A stretch of DNA of 64,000 nt. Source: a virus (taxonomy: Duplodnaviria > Caudoviricetes). The notes under the pieces are model-generated. The model did no database searches. It worked only from the letters and a program-made list of their open reading frames with translations, and was not told the DNA's origin. Shown piece by piece: positions 18,855 through 28,015 of the stretch. Position 1 is the stretch's first letter, and the number at the start of each line of letters is the position of its first letter. The translations under genes and the position numbers were made by a program. The stretch covers positions 1-64,000 of the IMG/VR virus record IMGVR_UViG_3300002220_003476; one strand, given 5' to 3'.

Positions 18855-19461
18855 AGAACTACTGATAATCAGACACGCTAGAAGTGAACACAACGCGAGG
18901 ATAACAGGATTTCTTGATAGCTCTCTTACAGAGTTTGGTAGACATCAAGCAAAAACCGTTGGAAAATTTTTAAGTGATCAGAAAGAACTTCAAGGCTGGT
19001 CAATTTATACATCACCATTTAAAAGATGTATAGAGACGACACAAGAAATTTTGGAAAATTATAAAACTGATTCTAATTATATAACTATTGATGCTAGACT
19101 TGGTGAATGTTTATTAGATATAAATTCTAGTATTTTAGTAGATATGCCAGAAAGTACGTTATATAGAGGATTAGTATGGTACGGTAATATAGACTTACTA
19201 TCTAAGGTTAATTACTCCAAAAAGTTATTTAAACATGAGAACCATCAAGACTATCTTCAAAGAATGAGAGAAGCATATGACTCTATACCAAACAAGTCTA
19301 TAATTATTACACATGGATTAAACGTGGAAGTATTGAGACAAGAATGTTTACATACTCTAAATCATGTACCGTTATGGAATTACGGAATAGATAACTGTAG
19401 CATGACTTGGATTAAAAATGGGCGAACGATTTGGTGGGGGAGGAATTTACATTATGAATAA
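18844..19461 (+). CDS. histidine phosphatase (phosphoglycerate mutase-like)
   Basis: IRHARSEHN, SPFKRCIET, ITHG motifs. Confidence 0.85.
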   Translation: MINKELLIIRHARSEHNARITGFLDSSLTEFGRHQAKTVGKFLSDQKELQGWSIYTSPFKRCIETTQEILENYKTDSNYITIDARLGECLLDINSSILVDMPESTLYRGLVWYGNIDLLSKVNYSKKLFKHENHQDYLQRMREAYDSIPNKSIIITHGLNVEVLRQECLHTLNHVPLWNYGIDNCSMTWIKNGRTIWWGRNLHYE

Positions 19462-20068
19462 AATGAAATTCTCAATAATAATGTCAGTATACAATAATTG
19501 GAACTTGACATGTCACGCTATTGATTCTGTAATTAATCAGTCTTACAAAAATTGGGAACTGATAATAGTTACTGATGGTGATCCACCACACGGATTCAAT
19601 CCAAAAAGTATTGTTGGTTCTATTTTTATTTACAAACCCGACTTATATGACAAAATTAAAGTAATAGACTTTAAAAGTGATGGAAAATTTGGTAATTTAA
19701 CTAGGTACGAAGGATTAAAACATTGTACTGGAGATTATACAATTTGGTGTAATCATGATAATCTTTTAGACAGAGACTATCTACACACGCATTTAGAAAA
19801 TATTGAAGAAGAAAAAGAGTGTATAAGCATTATACCAATAAGGCACTGGTCAAACCACAGAAGATATTGTGGTGTTCTCCCTTTCAAGATTGAAAGCGGA
19901 GGATTAGATCTATTAAACTTGGCTCTACCAACACATAGAGCAAAAGAAATACAAGCGTTTAACAACGATATTTATAACGCTGATTGGTTAATAGTAGAAG
20001 ACTTAATGAAGTTAAATATACCAGTCAAACAGTTTAAATCAACAAATAGTTTTGGGGCACATTTTTAG
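19454..20068 (+). CDS. glycosyltransferase family 2
   Basis: SIIMSVYN...QSYKNWELIIVTDG, TRYEG, NHDN. Confidence 0.85.
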   Translation: MNKMKFSIIMSVYNNWNLTCHAIDSVINQSYKNWELIIVTDGDPPHGFNPKSIVGSIFIYKPDLYDKIKVIDFKSDGKFGNLTRYEGLKHCTGDYTIWCNHDNLLDRDYLHTHLENIEEEKECISIIPIRHWSNHRRYCGVLPFKIESGGLDLLNLALPTHRAKEIQAFNNDIYNADWLIVEDLMKLNIPVKQFKSTNSFGAHF

Positions 20069-20076
20069 GAAATAAT

Positions 20077-20391
20077 ATGAGCATCGTAAGAATAATTAAA
20101 GAGTGCGATGAATATTACGAAGAAGAAAATAAACAAGTATTGGATCAAGCTTTAAACACTTGGGAAACTCAAAACGAAGTGGATAGTAGGTTTAAAGTTG
20201 GCAGTTTTGGTCATCACGAATCTATTGACAGAATTCATATAATTCAAGAGAATTTGGAAAGTTATGTATTAAATCATCATTCAGTAGTTAGAAATATGTC
20301 AGCATTTAAAATGTGTTTTTTAGCTCAACAATTACTATTAGAAGCATATCAAATATTAGCGTGTGAAAATGTTGAAGATACCTCTTACTAG
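20077..20391 (+). CDS. hypothetical protein
   Basis: ORF. Confidence 0.5.
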   Translation: MSIVRIIKECDEYYEEENKQVLDQALNTWETQNEVDSRFKVGSFGHHESIDRIHIIQENLESYVLNHHSVVRNMSAFKMCFLAQQLLLEAYQILACENVEDTSY

Positions 20392-20986
20392 AATTAAAAA
20401 TCATAAACTGTCTGGTTTAATTGCTTACAGAAAAATAATGTGGGAATTAGGATTACCTAATTTTTATGTATTAACTGGAGGAGCACTAAGAACAATCTTT
20501 AATCCTTATGAACATATAAATGATTATGATATTTTTATATTATCTAATAATCACGAAGATTTATTCAGAAGAAAACAAATATTAGAAGATATTCTTATTA
20601 AATATGGATTTAAACAAGTATTTAAATGTCCAAAAGGTGAGTTGTCTACATTTAGATTTGGTACATTAAAGTTTCAAATTATTAATGTTGGTAATACGTT
20701 ATATTCATCTCCAGAAAATATTTTTGACAATTTTGATTTTCATTTATGTCAGATGGCATACTTTGATAAAGAGTTTTATGTATCAAAAATGGCAATTAAG
20801 TCTATACATTCAAAAAAACTAAGTATACATAGACTAACTTTTCCTGCTGCAACTTTAAAACGTATTCCTAAATATCAAAAATATGGATACAAAACTTCAG
20901 ATTGTTATATTGAATTCTGTAAAATGTTTGCAGATAATATTAAAAATAGTATAGATATGAATTTAGAACAAGTTTATGTGGATTAA
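20363..20986 (+). CDS. class II nucleotidyltransferase-like protein (CCA/poly(A) polymerase head-like)
   Basis: LTGGALR...DYDIF and FDFHLCQMA motifs. Confidence 0.7.
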   Translation: MKMLKIPLTRIKNHKLSGLIAYRKIMWELGLPNFYVLTGGALRTIFNPYEHINDYDIFILSNNHEDLFRRKQILEDILIKYGFKQVFKCPKGELSTFRFGTLKFQIINVGNTLYSSPENIFDNFDFHLCQMAYFDKEFYVSKMAIKSIHSKKLSIHRLTFPAATLKRIPKYQKYGYKTSDCYIEFCKMFADNIKNSIDMNLEQVYVD

Positions 20987-21091
20987 TATATAAAAATAAA
21001 GAACAAACTTTTAAAAATTTATGGATATCATAGGTTAGTAGCGGCTAATAGCACAAATAAGAAACAGATACCAGTTATAGTAGGCGAATAA
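20987..21091 (+). pseudogene. 3' stub of a ParB/Srx-like gene
   Basis: Startless frame reading KIYGYHRLVAANSTNKKQIPVIVGE*, resembling the xDGxHRLxAA...IPVIV ParB motif. Confidence 0.4.
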
Positions 21092-21429
21092 TGACAAGTA
21101 AAGAATTTTTAGATATTTTAGAAACATGTAAAAGTAAATTCAATTTTTCTTCTATGTTAGAAGAATTAAAACATGGTAAAAGTTATGATGGTATTTATCA
21201 AGAATTAGTCGATAAAGGTTTAACTCTTGATTACACTGACAACTTTGGTGGATCAGAAAGAAGTAATGATTATTGGATTGTATTTTCTGTAAAAGATAAA
21301 GATAATCAAATTACTTATTTTAAAGTTCCCGGTTATTATGATTCTTACTGTGGAGGCGAGTTGTATGTTAGTCAATTATTTCAAGTAGAAGAAACAGAAA
21401 AGACGGTGAAATATTGGAAATCAATTTAA
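21091..21429 (+). CDS. hypothetical phage protein
   Basis: ORF with FGG.E...YW.VF...YFKVPGYYDSYCG pattern. Confidence 0.55.
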   Translation: MTSKEFLDILETCKSKFNFSSMLEELKHGKSYDGIYQELVDKGLTLDYTDNFGGSERSNDYWIVFSVKDKDNQITYFKVPGYYDSYCGGELYVSQLFQVEETEKTVKYWKSI

Positions 21430-22448
21430 TAGCTCCTATTAACCAATTAAGTTATGGTATAGTTAGTTACAATATATTAAAAGAATTACAAAAAGAGTGT
21501 TCAGTTAGTTTATTTCCATTAAACTTAGATCTACAACAAAATCAAATTCCAATAGTTAAACAAGCTTTAGATAATGCAAAGTTTTTCAATGATAAAACAC
21601 CATGTTTAAGAATATGGCACGCTCACGACATGAGTATGAGAGTTGGTTCTGGTAAATTTTTTGGTATGTCAATTTTTGAAGTAAACGGTTTTACAGATTT
21701 AGAAAAACATCATCTTTCATCGTTAGACGAAATATTTGTATGTTCAGAGTGGGCAAAATCTATTGTAGATCAAAATCTAAATATTCCATGTCATGTTGTT
21801 CCATTAGGTGTTGATACTGAGATATTTAAACCTCAATTTATTAGGAAGAGAAAAAAATACACATTTTTAAATGTTGGTAAGGCTGAGAAAAGAAAAGGTC
21901 ATGACTTATTAATTAAAGCTTTTAATGACGCATTTACAGAACAAGATGACGTAGAATTATGGTTATGTTGGGATAATAAATTTCCAAACTGTCAACAAGA
22001 TAAATGGAAATCTTTGGTTAGTAATAGTAAACTAAGTAAAAAAATCAAAGAACTACCAAGACAAAACACTCAGTATGATTTGGCATATATTATGCAACAA
22101 GCAGACTGTGGTATTTTCCCTTCAAGAGCAGAAGGTTGGAATTTACCATTACTTGAAATGATGGCTTGTGGAAAACCAGTGATAGCAACTAACTATTCTG
22201 CACATACACAGTATTGTACTAAAGAAAATAGCTATCTTATTGATTGTGGTTTAGAGCCAGCAAAAGACGATGAATGGCCACAATTTAATGGTGAATTTCA
22301 GTGGGCCAAACCAGATTATGACCAACTTATAGAACATATGAGATTTGTGTATAATAATGAAATATCAGAGAACACACCAGGATTAATAACAGCGAATGAA
22401 TATACGTGGAAAAATACAATATTACAACTAAAGACTTACATACATTAA
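21414..22448 (+). CDS. glycosyltransferase family 4 (GT-B)
   Basis: VPLGVD, RKGHD, PSRAEGWNLPLLEMMACGKPVIAT. Confidence 0.9.
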   Translation: MEINLIAPINQLSYGIVSYNILKELQKECSVSLFPLNLDLQQNQIPIVKQALDNAKFFNDKTPCLRIWHAHDMSMRVGSGKFFGMSIFEVNGFTDLEKHHLSSLDEIFVCSEWAKSIVDQNLNIPCHVVPLGVDTEIFKPQFIRKRKKYTFLNVGKAEKRKGHDLLIKAFNDAFTEQDDVELWLCWDNKFPNCQQDKWKSLVSNSKLSKKIKELPRQNTQYDLAYIMQQADCGIFPSRAEGWNLPLLEMMACGKPVIATNYSAHTQYCTKENSYLIDCGLEPAKDDEWPQFNGEFQWAKPDYDQLIEHMRFVYNNEISENTPGLITANEYTWKNTILQLKTYIH

Positions 22449-22903
22449 TACAACTATCAGAAGCGTCGGCAAAATTCACCTTTCAGAAGTTTAGAAAGAA
22501 AATTTCGAAATTCTCATTAGATTTTTGTGATTTATGTAGCTTTTTGCTTGATAAGGCTATATACTTAGACGGTAGATTCAATGGCACTGGAAAAAAGAAC
22601 GCCTACATATTATACTACCTAAATAAGTTTGGAGCCGAAAAAATGAAGCAAAAAAAGAATAAAGAGTTACAGCTTACAGATCAGATATTATCTAATTTAT
22701 ATTATGTCGATAAAAACGAACACATGTTAGAATTCTTAAAAAAGAGAACAACAGATCAAGAGTATAACATTGTATATATGCACATCTGGGAAAATCTAAC
22801 ATTTAGACAAATAGCAACAAATTTTAACTTATCCGCAGCATATGTTAATAGAGTTTATTTAAGAGTAATACATAAATTAAAAAGGTATATCAATGACATC
22901 TGA
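22406..22903 (+). CDS. sigma-70 region 4-like HTH protein
   Basis: C-terminal IVYMHIWENLTFRQIATNFNLSAAYVNRVYLRVIHKLK. Confidence 0.65.
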   Translation: MEKYNITTKDLHTLIQLSEASAKFTFQKFRKKISKFSLDFCDLCSFLLDKAIYLDGRFNGTGKKNAYILYYLNKFGAEKMKQKKNKELQLTDQILSNLYYVDKNEHMLEFLKKRTTDQEYNIVYMHIWENLTFRQIATNFNLSAAYVNRVYLRVIHKLKRYINDI

Positions 22904-23174
22904 TACAAATAAAATCTCATCTATTATATTTACTAAAGATAAGGTAGAATTAATTGGTAATCTAGATGATGTATCTGATATTGTTTTTGGTATATTATCT
23001 GGTAATTATGACGAGTTATTAAACAATGAATGTAAAAATAAATTAAATACTCAACAATTAAAAAACGTGCAAGACCAATTAGTAAACTTATTAATAAAAA
23101 AAACAGAGACATCTTTATATGACAAACCTATAATTCATCCAAGTAATACTTTAAATAAATTTTATAGGAAATAA
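22893..23174 (+). CDS. hypothetical protein
   Basis: ORF. Confidence 0.5.
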   Translation: MTSDTNKISSIIFTKDKVELIGNLDDVSDIVFGILSGNYDELLNNECKNKLNTQQLKNVQDQLVNLLIKKTETSLYDKPIIHPSNTLNKFYRK

Positions 23175-23177
23175 TAC

Positions 23178-23774
23178 ATGAAAATATCTTGGGAAAAATT
23201 AGATTTTACTGATAATTTGGATGATGAATTTGATGACGATATTGATTATGAAGACAAAGGAAGTCAATTAATTCCACTAACATTTATGGGTGGTAATACT
23301 ATTAATTCAATCTTGGGACCAATCAATTTAAACAGTAATCATAACATTATAGATTATTATGATATCTGGATTATGGATACCAATTTTGATATTACTCAAA
23401 AAGTTTCTGATCAAATTTCAAAAATAGAAGGTATAGAAATTTTCTATCCAGTAAGTAGGTATAAATCTATAGTTGGATTTGGTAAGCTATTTAAAGCTTC
23501 AGAAGTTAAAGTTAATGTTGAATATATTCTTACTGGAAAACATAAACATTTTATACTTATAAATAGTATAGAAGACATAAAAATAAAAAATGACTGTTTT
23601 AAAATATATAAAAAAATATCTAAATATCCATATTGGGCAATGTATATATTTCCAAACGGTCAAATTGAACAAATATTTTTATCGGATCAAAACGATTTTG
23701 AAAACAAACTACAACAATTTATTGAATATCAAAATAAATCACAAGGAATGTTAATATATGCAGATTACAACTGA
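23178..23774 (+). CDS. hypothetical protein
   Basis: ORF. Confidence 0.55.
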   Translation: MKISWEKLDFTDNLDDEFDDDIDYEDKGSQLIPLTFMGGNTINSILGPINLNSNHNIIDYYDIWIMDTNFDITQKVSDQISKIEGIEIFYPVSRYKSIVGFGKLFKASEVKVNVEYILTGKHKHFILINSIEDIKIKNDCFKIYKKISKYPYWAMYIFPNGQIEQIFLSDQNDFENKLQQFIEYQNKSQGMLIYADYN

Positions 23775-24165
23775 TCATATAAAAATAGCTAAGAAAGCTA
23801 GTAAAAGATATTCTAAACATCTAAATAAAGATGAATTGTGGTCCTGTATATTAACAGGTATATTTAAAGCTCAATCATCGTTTGATGAAACAAAATCTAA
23901 ACTAACTACACATATCTATAATAATGTTAGATGGGAATGCTTAGGACAGATGCAGTTTAATCAGAGGTCTCACTTACCAATAACTAAAGATTTTGCCAAT
24001 AAATTCCAAGCAGAAGAACAAGACAATAGTTTTGAACTACTTATAGATAAATATGTTATTAGGCTGTCCTATAAGGAATTAGAGCAAAAATATTCAAAGT
24101 CTCGTCAAGAATTAAAAAAACAAATAGAAGTTTTAAAAAACTTGTATATTTCTTTGAATAGTTAA
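23758..24165 (+). CDS. compact sigma-factor-like protein
   Basis: Region-2-like GIFKAQSSFDETKSKLTTHIYNNVRW plus degenerate region-4-like LSYKELEQKY. Confidence 0.55.
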   Translation: MQITTDHIKIAKKASKRYSKHLNKDELWSCILTGIFKAQSSFDETKSKLTTHIYNNVRWECLGQMQFNQRSHLPITKDFANKFQAEEQDNSFELLIDKYVIRLSYKELEQKYSKSRQELKKQIEVLKNLYISLNS

Positions 24166-24184
24166 CCTTTTCGAAAGAAATATC

Positions 24185-24721
24185 ATGGCTCAAACAAAAA
24201 CAATATCTGGTAATGACTATAAAAATGTTGGTAGTACATTACTAAACGGTGGAACAACCACTAACCCAAAAACTAATGTAACATCTTTACTAGATCATGC
24301 TCTAGTAACTAGAGGTGGATCAAAAGTAATTAATAGTTCTTCAGTTGGAACTACCAAAGCTTTATCTTCAGGTGTATTTGCTTCTTATGAAGCCGGTAAA
24401 TATGTAATGTATAAACTTGGTTCTAGATTAGCTGGAACAGATAATACATTCCTATTAACTGGTGTTTCTCACTCTGGTGTTAATGCTCTACATCTTGGTA
24501 GAGGTAATTATAGATATCATATTACTGGATGGTCTTATACAACTGGAGCAGCAACAAAAGGAGGAAATGCTGGTGACGCATTTACTTATTTTGATCCAGA
24601 AAATAATACTACAATTAATGTAGAACCTAGACCAACAGCAGACGTTCCAGGTGAATTAGTGTATATGTACGGTGCGTTAACACCTGCAATGGCAGACTAT
24701 AAAGCAAGAACATTAGCATAA
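24185..24721 (+). CDS. Gly/Thr/Ser-rich protein, possibly virion structural
   Basis: Composition and codon usage differ from neighbours; no Cys; followed by membrane gene and terminator. Confidence 0.45.
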   Translation: MAQTKTISGNDYKNVGSTLLNGGTTTNPKTNVTSLLDHALVTRGGSKVINSSSVGTTKALSSGVFASYEAGKYVMYKLGSRLAGTDNTFLLTGVSHSGVNALHLGRGNYRYHITGWSYTTGAATKGGNAGDAFTYFDPENNTTINVEPRPTADVPGELVYMYGALTPAMADYKARTLA

Positions 24722-24731
24722 GGTATAAATA

Positions 24732-24989
24732 ATGAAGTTTTTAAAAGATGTATGGAATGTAACAATTGGTAATACTCCATCAAACTCAGAGGCTGGTAAA
24801 GTAAACTATAATGACTTACTCAAACTAGCAAGAGATGGAGCACTAGTCGGAGTAGCTGCTGTAATCACATTTAGTATTGATAATTTAAATCATGATCTAA
24901 TTGGTGATTGGACTCCAGCAGTAATTACTGTTCTTTCAGTTGCTCTTAAAGGTATACAAAGATTAGTTAAAAATAATAAAACAGTCTAA
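24732..24989 (+). CDS. small membrane protein, holin-like
   Basis: Two hydrophobic helices and a basic C-terminus (RLVKNNKTV). Confidence 0.5.
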   Translation: MKFLKDVWNVTIGNTPSNSEAGKVNYNDLLKLARDGALVGVAAVITFSIDNLNHDLIGDWTPAVITVLSVALKGIQRLVKNNKTV

Positions 24990-25014
24990 TTTAAAATCAA
25001 TAATATTTAGAATT

Positions 25015-25043
25015 ACCCTCCAATGTTGGAGGGTTTTCTTTTT
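25015..25043 (+). terminator. rho-independent terminator
   Basis: ACCCTCCA-ATGT-TGGAGGGT stem-loop followed by T-tract. Confidence 0.8.
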
Positions 25044-25087
25044 ATACACCTATCAGGTTAATTTAAAATTTACAAAAAGAGAAAAAA

Positions 25088-25438
25088 ATGACTTTTAATA
25101 AAGTAATTCAAGTAGGTAATCTAACTCGTGATCCAGAAGTAGTTAGTCTAAAAGATAAATTCTTAACAAAAATGTGTATTGCCGTCAACGGCCAAAAAGA
25201 TGAAGTTTTATTCCTTGATATAGAATGTTGGGGTAAGTTGGCTGAATTATGTGCAAAATACCTCACAAAAGGTAGAGAAATTTTAGTAGAAGGTAGACTT
25301 AGACAGGATACTTGGGAAAAGGATGGACAAAAGAGAAGTAAGCTCACTGTTGTTGCTTCAGATATCCATTTTGGTCATAAAAATGACGGAGTTAAAGTAG
25401 AAGTAGAAAATGACGAAGAAGGAAATATTTCTCTTTAA
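25088..25438 (+). CDS. ssb: single-stranded DNA-binding protein (bacterial type)
   Basis: NKVIQVGNLTRDPE, CWGKLAE, KGREILVEGRL, acidic tail. Confidence 0.92.
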   Translation: MTFNKVIQVGNLTRDPEVVSLKDKFLTKMCIAVNGQKDEVLFLDIECWGKLAELCAKYLTKGREILVEGRLRQDTWEKDGQKRSKLTVVASDIHFGHKNDGVKVEVENDEEGNISL

Positions 25439-25641
25439 TGAATAAAAAAGAGACTCAGAATTATTTTTGGGAATTAGTTGAATATGATCTAAGTAAGAAT
25501 TCAGAAATATCAATAATAAAAGAAAGATATTTAAACAGGGGTTATACAGACGAAGATTTTCAAAAGAGACTAAAAGATAATAATATGAATTTTAGAATTG
25601 AAGAAGAAAAAATATACATTTGGAAAAATAATGAACAGTAA
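25438..25641 (+). CDS. hypothetical protein
   Basis: ORF. Confidence 0.45.
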   Translation: MNKKETQNYFWELVEYDLSKNSEISIIKERYLNRGYTDEDFQKRLKDNNMNFRIEEEKIYIWKNNEQ

Positions 25642-26251
25642 TTTGACAGAACTAGTATTTGTAGTTGACAGAAGTGGTTCGATGAGTGAATCAGCTTCTG
25701 AAGCTGAAGGCGGAATTAAACAATTTATTGAAGAACAAAAACAAACTGTTGGTGAAGCTAACATCACAATAGTTGAGTTTAGTTCTAATGTTTCATTATA
25801 TTGTGATAATGTACCTCTCAAAGACTTTAAAGGTTATTTCCTATCTCCATTAGGAATGACTAAACTTCTAGATGGTTTAGGGTTTGCTATTAATCATGTT
25901 GGTAATAGATTAATGAATACAAAAGAAGAAGATAGACCTGCTTTGGTTTTATTTACAGTTGTTACAGATGGTGCTGAAAACAACTCTAAAGAATATACCT
26001 ATGAACAAATTCAAAAATTAATTAAACAACAAGAAGATATTTATAGTTGGAAATTTGGGTTCTTATGTGCAGGGTTAGAAGCAACACAAAATGCGACAAA
26101 TTTGAATATTAATTCAAATAAAGTTAGCTCTGTTGATTTTAAGGATATTAAAGTGGGCTATCAAGCTTTTTCCAAGAGTGCTCATAAATGTAGATCAGCA
26201 TTAGCTGCCGGTCTATCTAATAGAGATATAGACTATAATTCTCAAGGTTGA
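25631..26251 (+). CDS. von Willebrand factor A domain protein
   Basis: MIDAS DRSGS, T.LLDG, TDGAEN. Confidence 0.85.
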   Translation: MNSNLTELVFVVDRSGSMSESASEAEGGIKQFIEEQKQTVGEANITIVEFSSNVSLYCDNVPLKDFKGYFLSPLGMTKLLDGLGFAINHVGNRLMNTKEEDRPALVLFTVVTDGAENNSKEYTYEQIQKLIKQQEDIYSWKFGFLCAGLEATQNATNLNINSNKVSSVDFKDIKVGYQAFSKSAHKCRSALAAGLSNRDIDYNSQG

Positions 26252-26254
26252 TAA

Positions 26255-26737
26255 ATGAAAAAATTAATAATACTAGTAGGTAATATCGCTAGTGGTAAAT
26301 CTACTTATGTTAAAAAATTCCCACAAGCAATAATTGTTAATGATGACTCAATTGTAAGTTCTGTTCACGGAGGGGACTACACTCTATACCAAAAAGAATT
26401 AAAACCTTTATACAAAACGATTGAAAATACTATAATTACGACCGCACTATCTCTTGATCGATTGGTTATTATCGACCGCCCGAATATGTCTAAACAAACC
26501 AGACAGAGATATATTAGTATTGCTAAAAGTTTAGATGTTGAAGTGTTATGTGTTATTTTCCCTCTTCAAGATCCATATATTCATGCAAAAAGAAGATTTG
26601 ATTCAGATAATAGAGATTTAACACTAAGACATTGGATAGAGACAGCAGAAAGAAAAAATGTAGAATTTGAACATCCGTCCTTTGACGAGGGATTTGATAA
26701 TATCTTCATAGAAAATTATTATGATTGTTTCATTTGA
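26255..26737 (+). CDS. P-loop kinase (AAA_33/polynucleotide kinase-like)
   Basis: GNIASGKST, IIDRPN...R, P...EGFD. Confidence 0.8.
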   Translation: MKKLIILVGNIASGKSTYVKKFPQAIIVNDDSIVSSVHGGDYTLYQKELKPLYKTIENTIITTALSLDRLVIIDRPNMSKQTRQRYISIAKSLDVEVLCVIFPLQDPYIHAKRRFDSDNRDLTLRHWIETAERKNVEFEHPSFDEGFDNIFIENYYDCFI

Positions 26738-26781
26738 TTTTACTATTACGTTAACAAAAACTAATAACATAGGAAATATAT

Positions 26782-27024
26782 ATGAAAGCTAATTTAGAAC
26801 AAGTAGAAGTTTTTACACCGTTTAGTTTAAAAATCACATTTGAATCAGAAAGCGAAGCCGCCGCTTTTTATTCATTATTCAATCATGACACTCTAATAAA
26901 AGCTACAGTTAGCGAGTCTTTTGCACTTCATATTAGATATGAATTAAATAAAATAAACATTAGTCAAGAAATTAAAAATTTCTATTTTAGAAAAATAGTG
27001 GGAATAACGATAGATGTGCCGTAA
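26782..27024 (+). CDS. hypothetical protein
   Basis: ORF with AGGA upstream. Confidence 0.5.
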   Translation: MKANLEQVEVFTPFSLKITFESESEAAAFYSLFNHDTLIKATVSESFALHIRYELNKINISQEIKNFYFRKIVGITIDVP

Positions 27025-27259
27025 AAAATATATCCCCAAAAACAAGATATCAAAACATAATTAAACAATGTGCAAAACTAGTTCATACAAGTAAAAAGTA
27101 TAGTAGAGACGTATTTTTATTAGAGATAAAGCTATGGTTGATGACTCACATATGATTTTTGCTTTATTAGACCCAATGATTGAAGAAGGTGGAACATTTT
27201 ATACTGTTAAATATGCAATGAAAATGAACAGACAAATTAAACATTATTTGAGAAATTAA
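26991..27259 (+). pseudogene. truncated, frameshifted YspA/SLOG-like gene
   Basis: Frame A RYQNIIKQCAKLVHTSKKYSRDVF joins frame B RDKAMVDDSHMIFALLD...GGTFYTVKYA at a T5 run (27114-27118); no start codon. Confidence 0.6.
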
Positions 27260-27453
27260 TGCACACTATTTATCGTGACCCCCAAACAAACAACTGTATA
27301 ATAGCAATAAAAGATGATCAATTTTATAAAACAGAAAATGGCACACATTATTGCATTATCTTAAAAAAAGATAAAAATTTATATCATATAGATGAACAGG
27401 ATAAGAATTCATTGGTTAGTTATTTATATCACTTACAGGGTAAGTCTATATGA
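27259..27453 (+). CDS. hypothetical protein
   Basis: ORF. Confidence 0.45.
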   Translation: MHTIYRDPQTNNCIIAIKDDQFYKTENGTHYCIILKKDKNLYHIDEQDKNSLVSYLYHLQGKSI

Positions 27454-27513
27454 ATATTGAATCATTTAATAGTAATAGTAAATTCACCCGAATTGCTATA
27501 GAGAGAAACACGT

Positions 27514-27816
27514 ATGAAATATATAGAATATATCGTTGATACAAATTATCAAAACATAGAAATACCACTAGATTTAATTGGAAATTCACATGAATGTATT
27601 GTTTTTATGTATACAGAATTTGGACCATGTAAAATTCAGACTAAATCTGAATGCATTAAAATACCATTTCTTAAACGTAGTATAGATGTTGATGAATTCT
27701 TAATATTCTTATCTAAAGAATCAAATAAAAAATCACAAATTATGTTAATGAAAAACTCAAACGGTGATATTGTAAATATAGTATCAGTAATAACAGAAAA
27801 GAACAATAATGGCTAA
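27514..27816 (+). CDS. hypothetical protein
   Basis: ORF. Confidence 0.45.
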   Translation: MKYIEYIVDTNYQNIEIPLDLIGNSHECIVFMYTEFGPCKIQTKSECIKIPFLKRSIDVDEFLIFLSKESNKKSQIMLMKNSNGDIVNIVSVITEKNNNG

Positions 27817-28015
27817 ACTAAAATTTAAAGAATCAAAACACGATAGTGCAGTAAAATTTATGGGAGAATCTCCCTTTGGTTCTCACGCTAGTATGGTTAA
27901 GGAATATCTTGAAGAAGGAAAAGTGGTGTTAGTAGATGAAAAGGGTGAATATATTACATACGTAGATCGACTAGATAATGGCCTGGCAGACCCAAGAAGG
28001 TTTGAAAGAGTATGA
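27809..28015 (+). CDS. hypothetical protein
   Basis: ORF. Confidence 0.5.
   Translation: MAKLKFKESKHDSAVKFMGESPFGSHASMVKEYLEEGKVVLVDEKGEYITYVDRLDNGLADPRRFERV

Noticed and set aside
3945-20391. TAG stop-codon reassignment, as in some large phages; several TAG stops are followed closely by TAA/TGA
   Set aside because: Long conserved genes (RNR, DnaE, rIIA) are intact in the standard code with no in-frame TAG; nearby second stops are expected in AT-rich DNA
1435-21091. In-frame continuation past TAA to a TAATG overlap at 1437, about 14222 and 20986 (possible readthrough)
   Set aside because: TA before ATG is common here, so a few in-frame cases are expected by chance; no readthrough signal seen
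3413-24180. Repeated 13-mer CTTTTCGAAAGAA in two intergenic gaps (near 3414 and 24167)
   Set aside because: Only two copies of a short near-palindrome; insufficient to call a regulatory motif without enrichment statistics
24724-24731. T4-late-promoter-like TATAAATA
   Set aside because: Directly abuts the ATG and is expected by chance in AT-rich sequence
27111-27125. Programmed -1 frameshift in the SLOG gene
   Set aside because: A TTT TTA is not a full X XXY YYZ site and the upstream frame has no start codon; a pseudogene is more parsimonious
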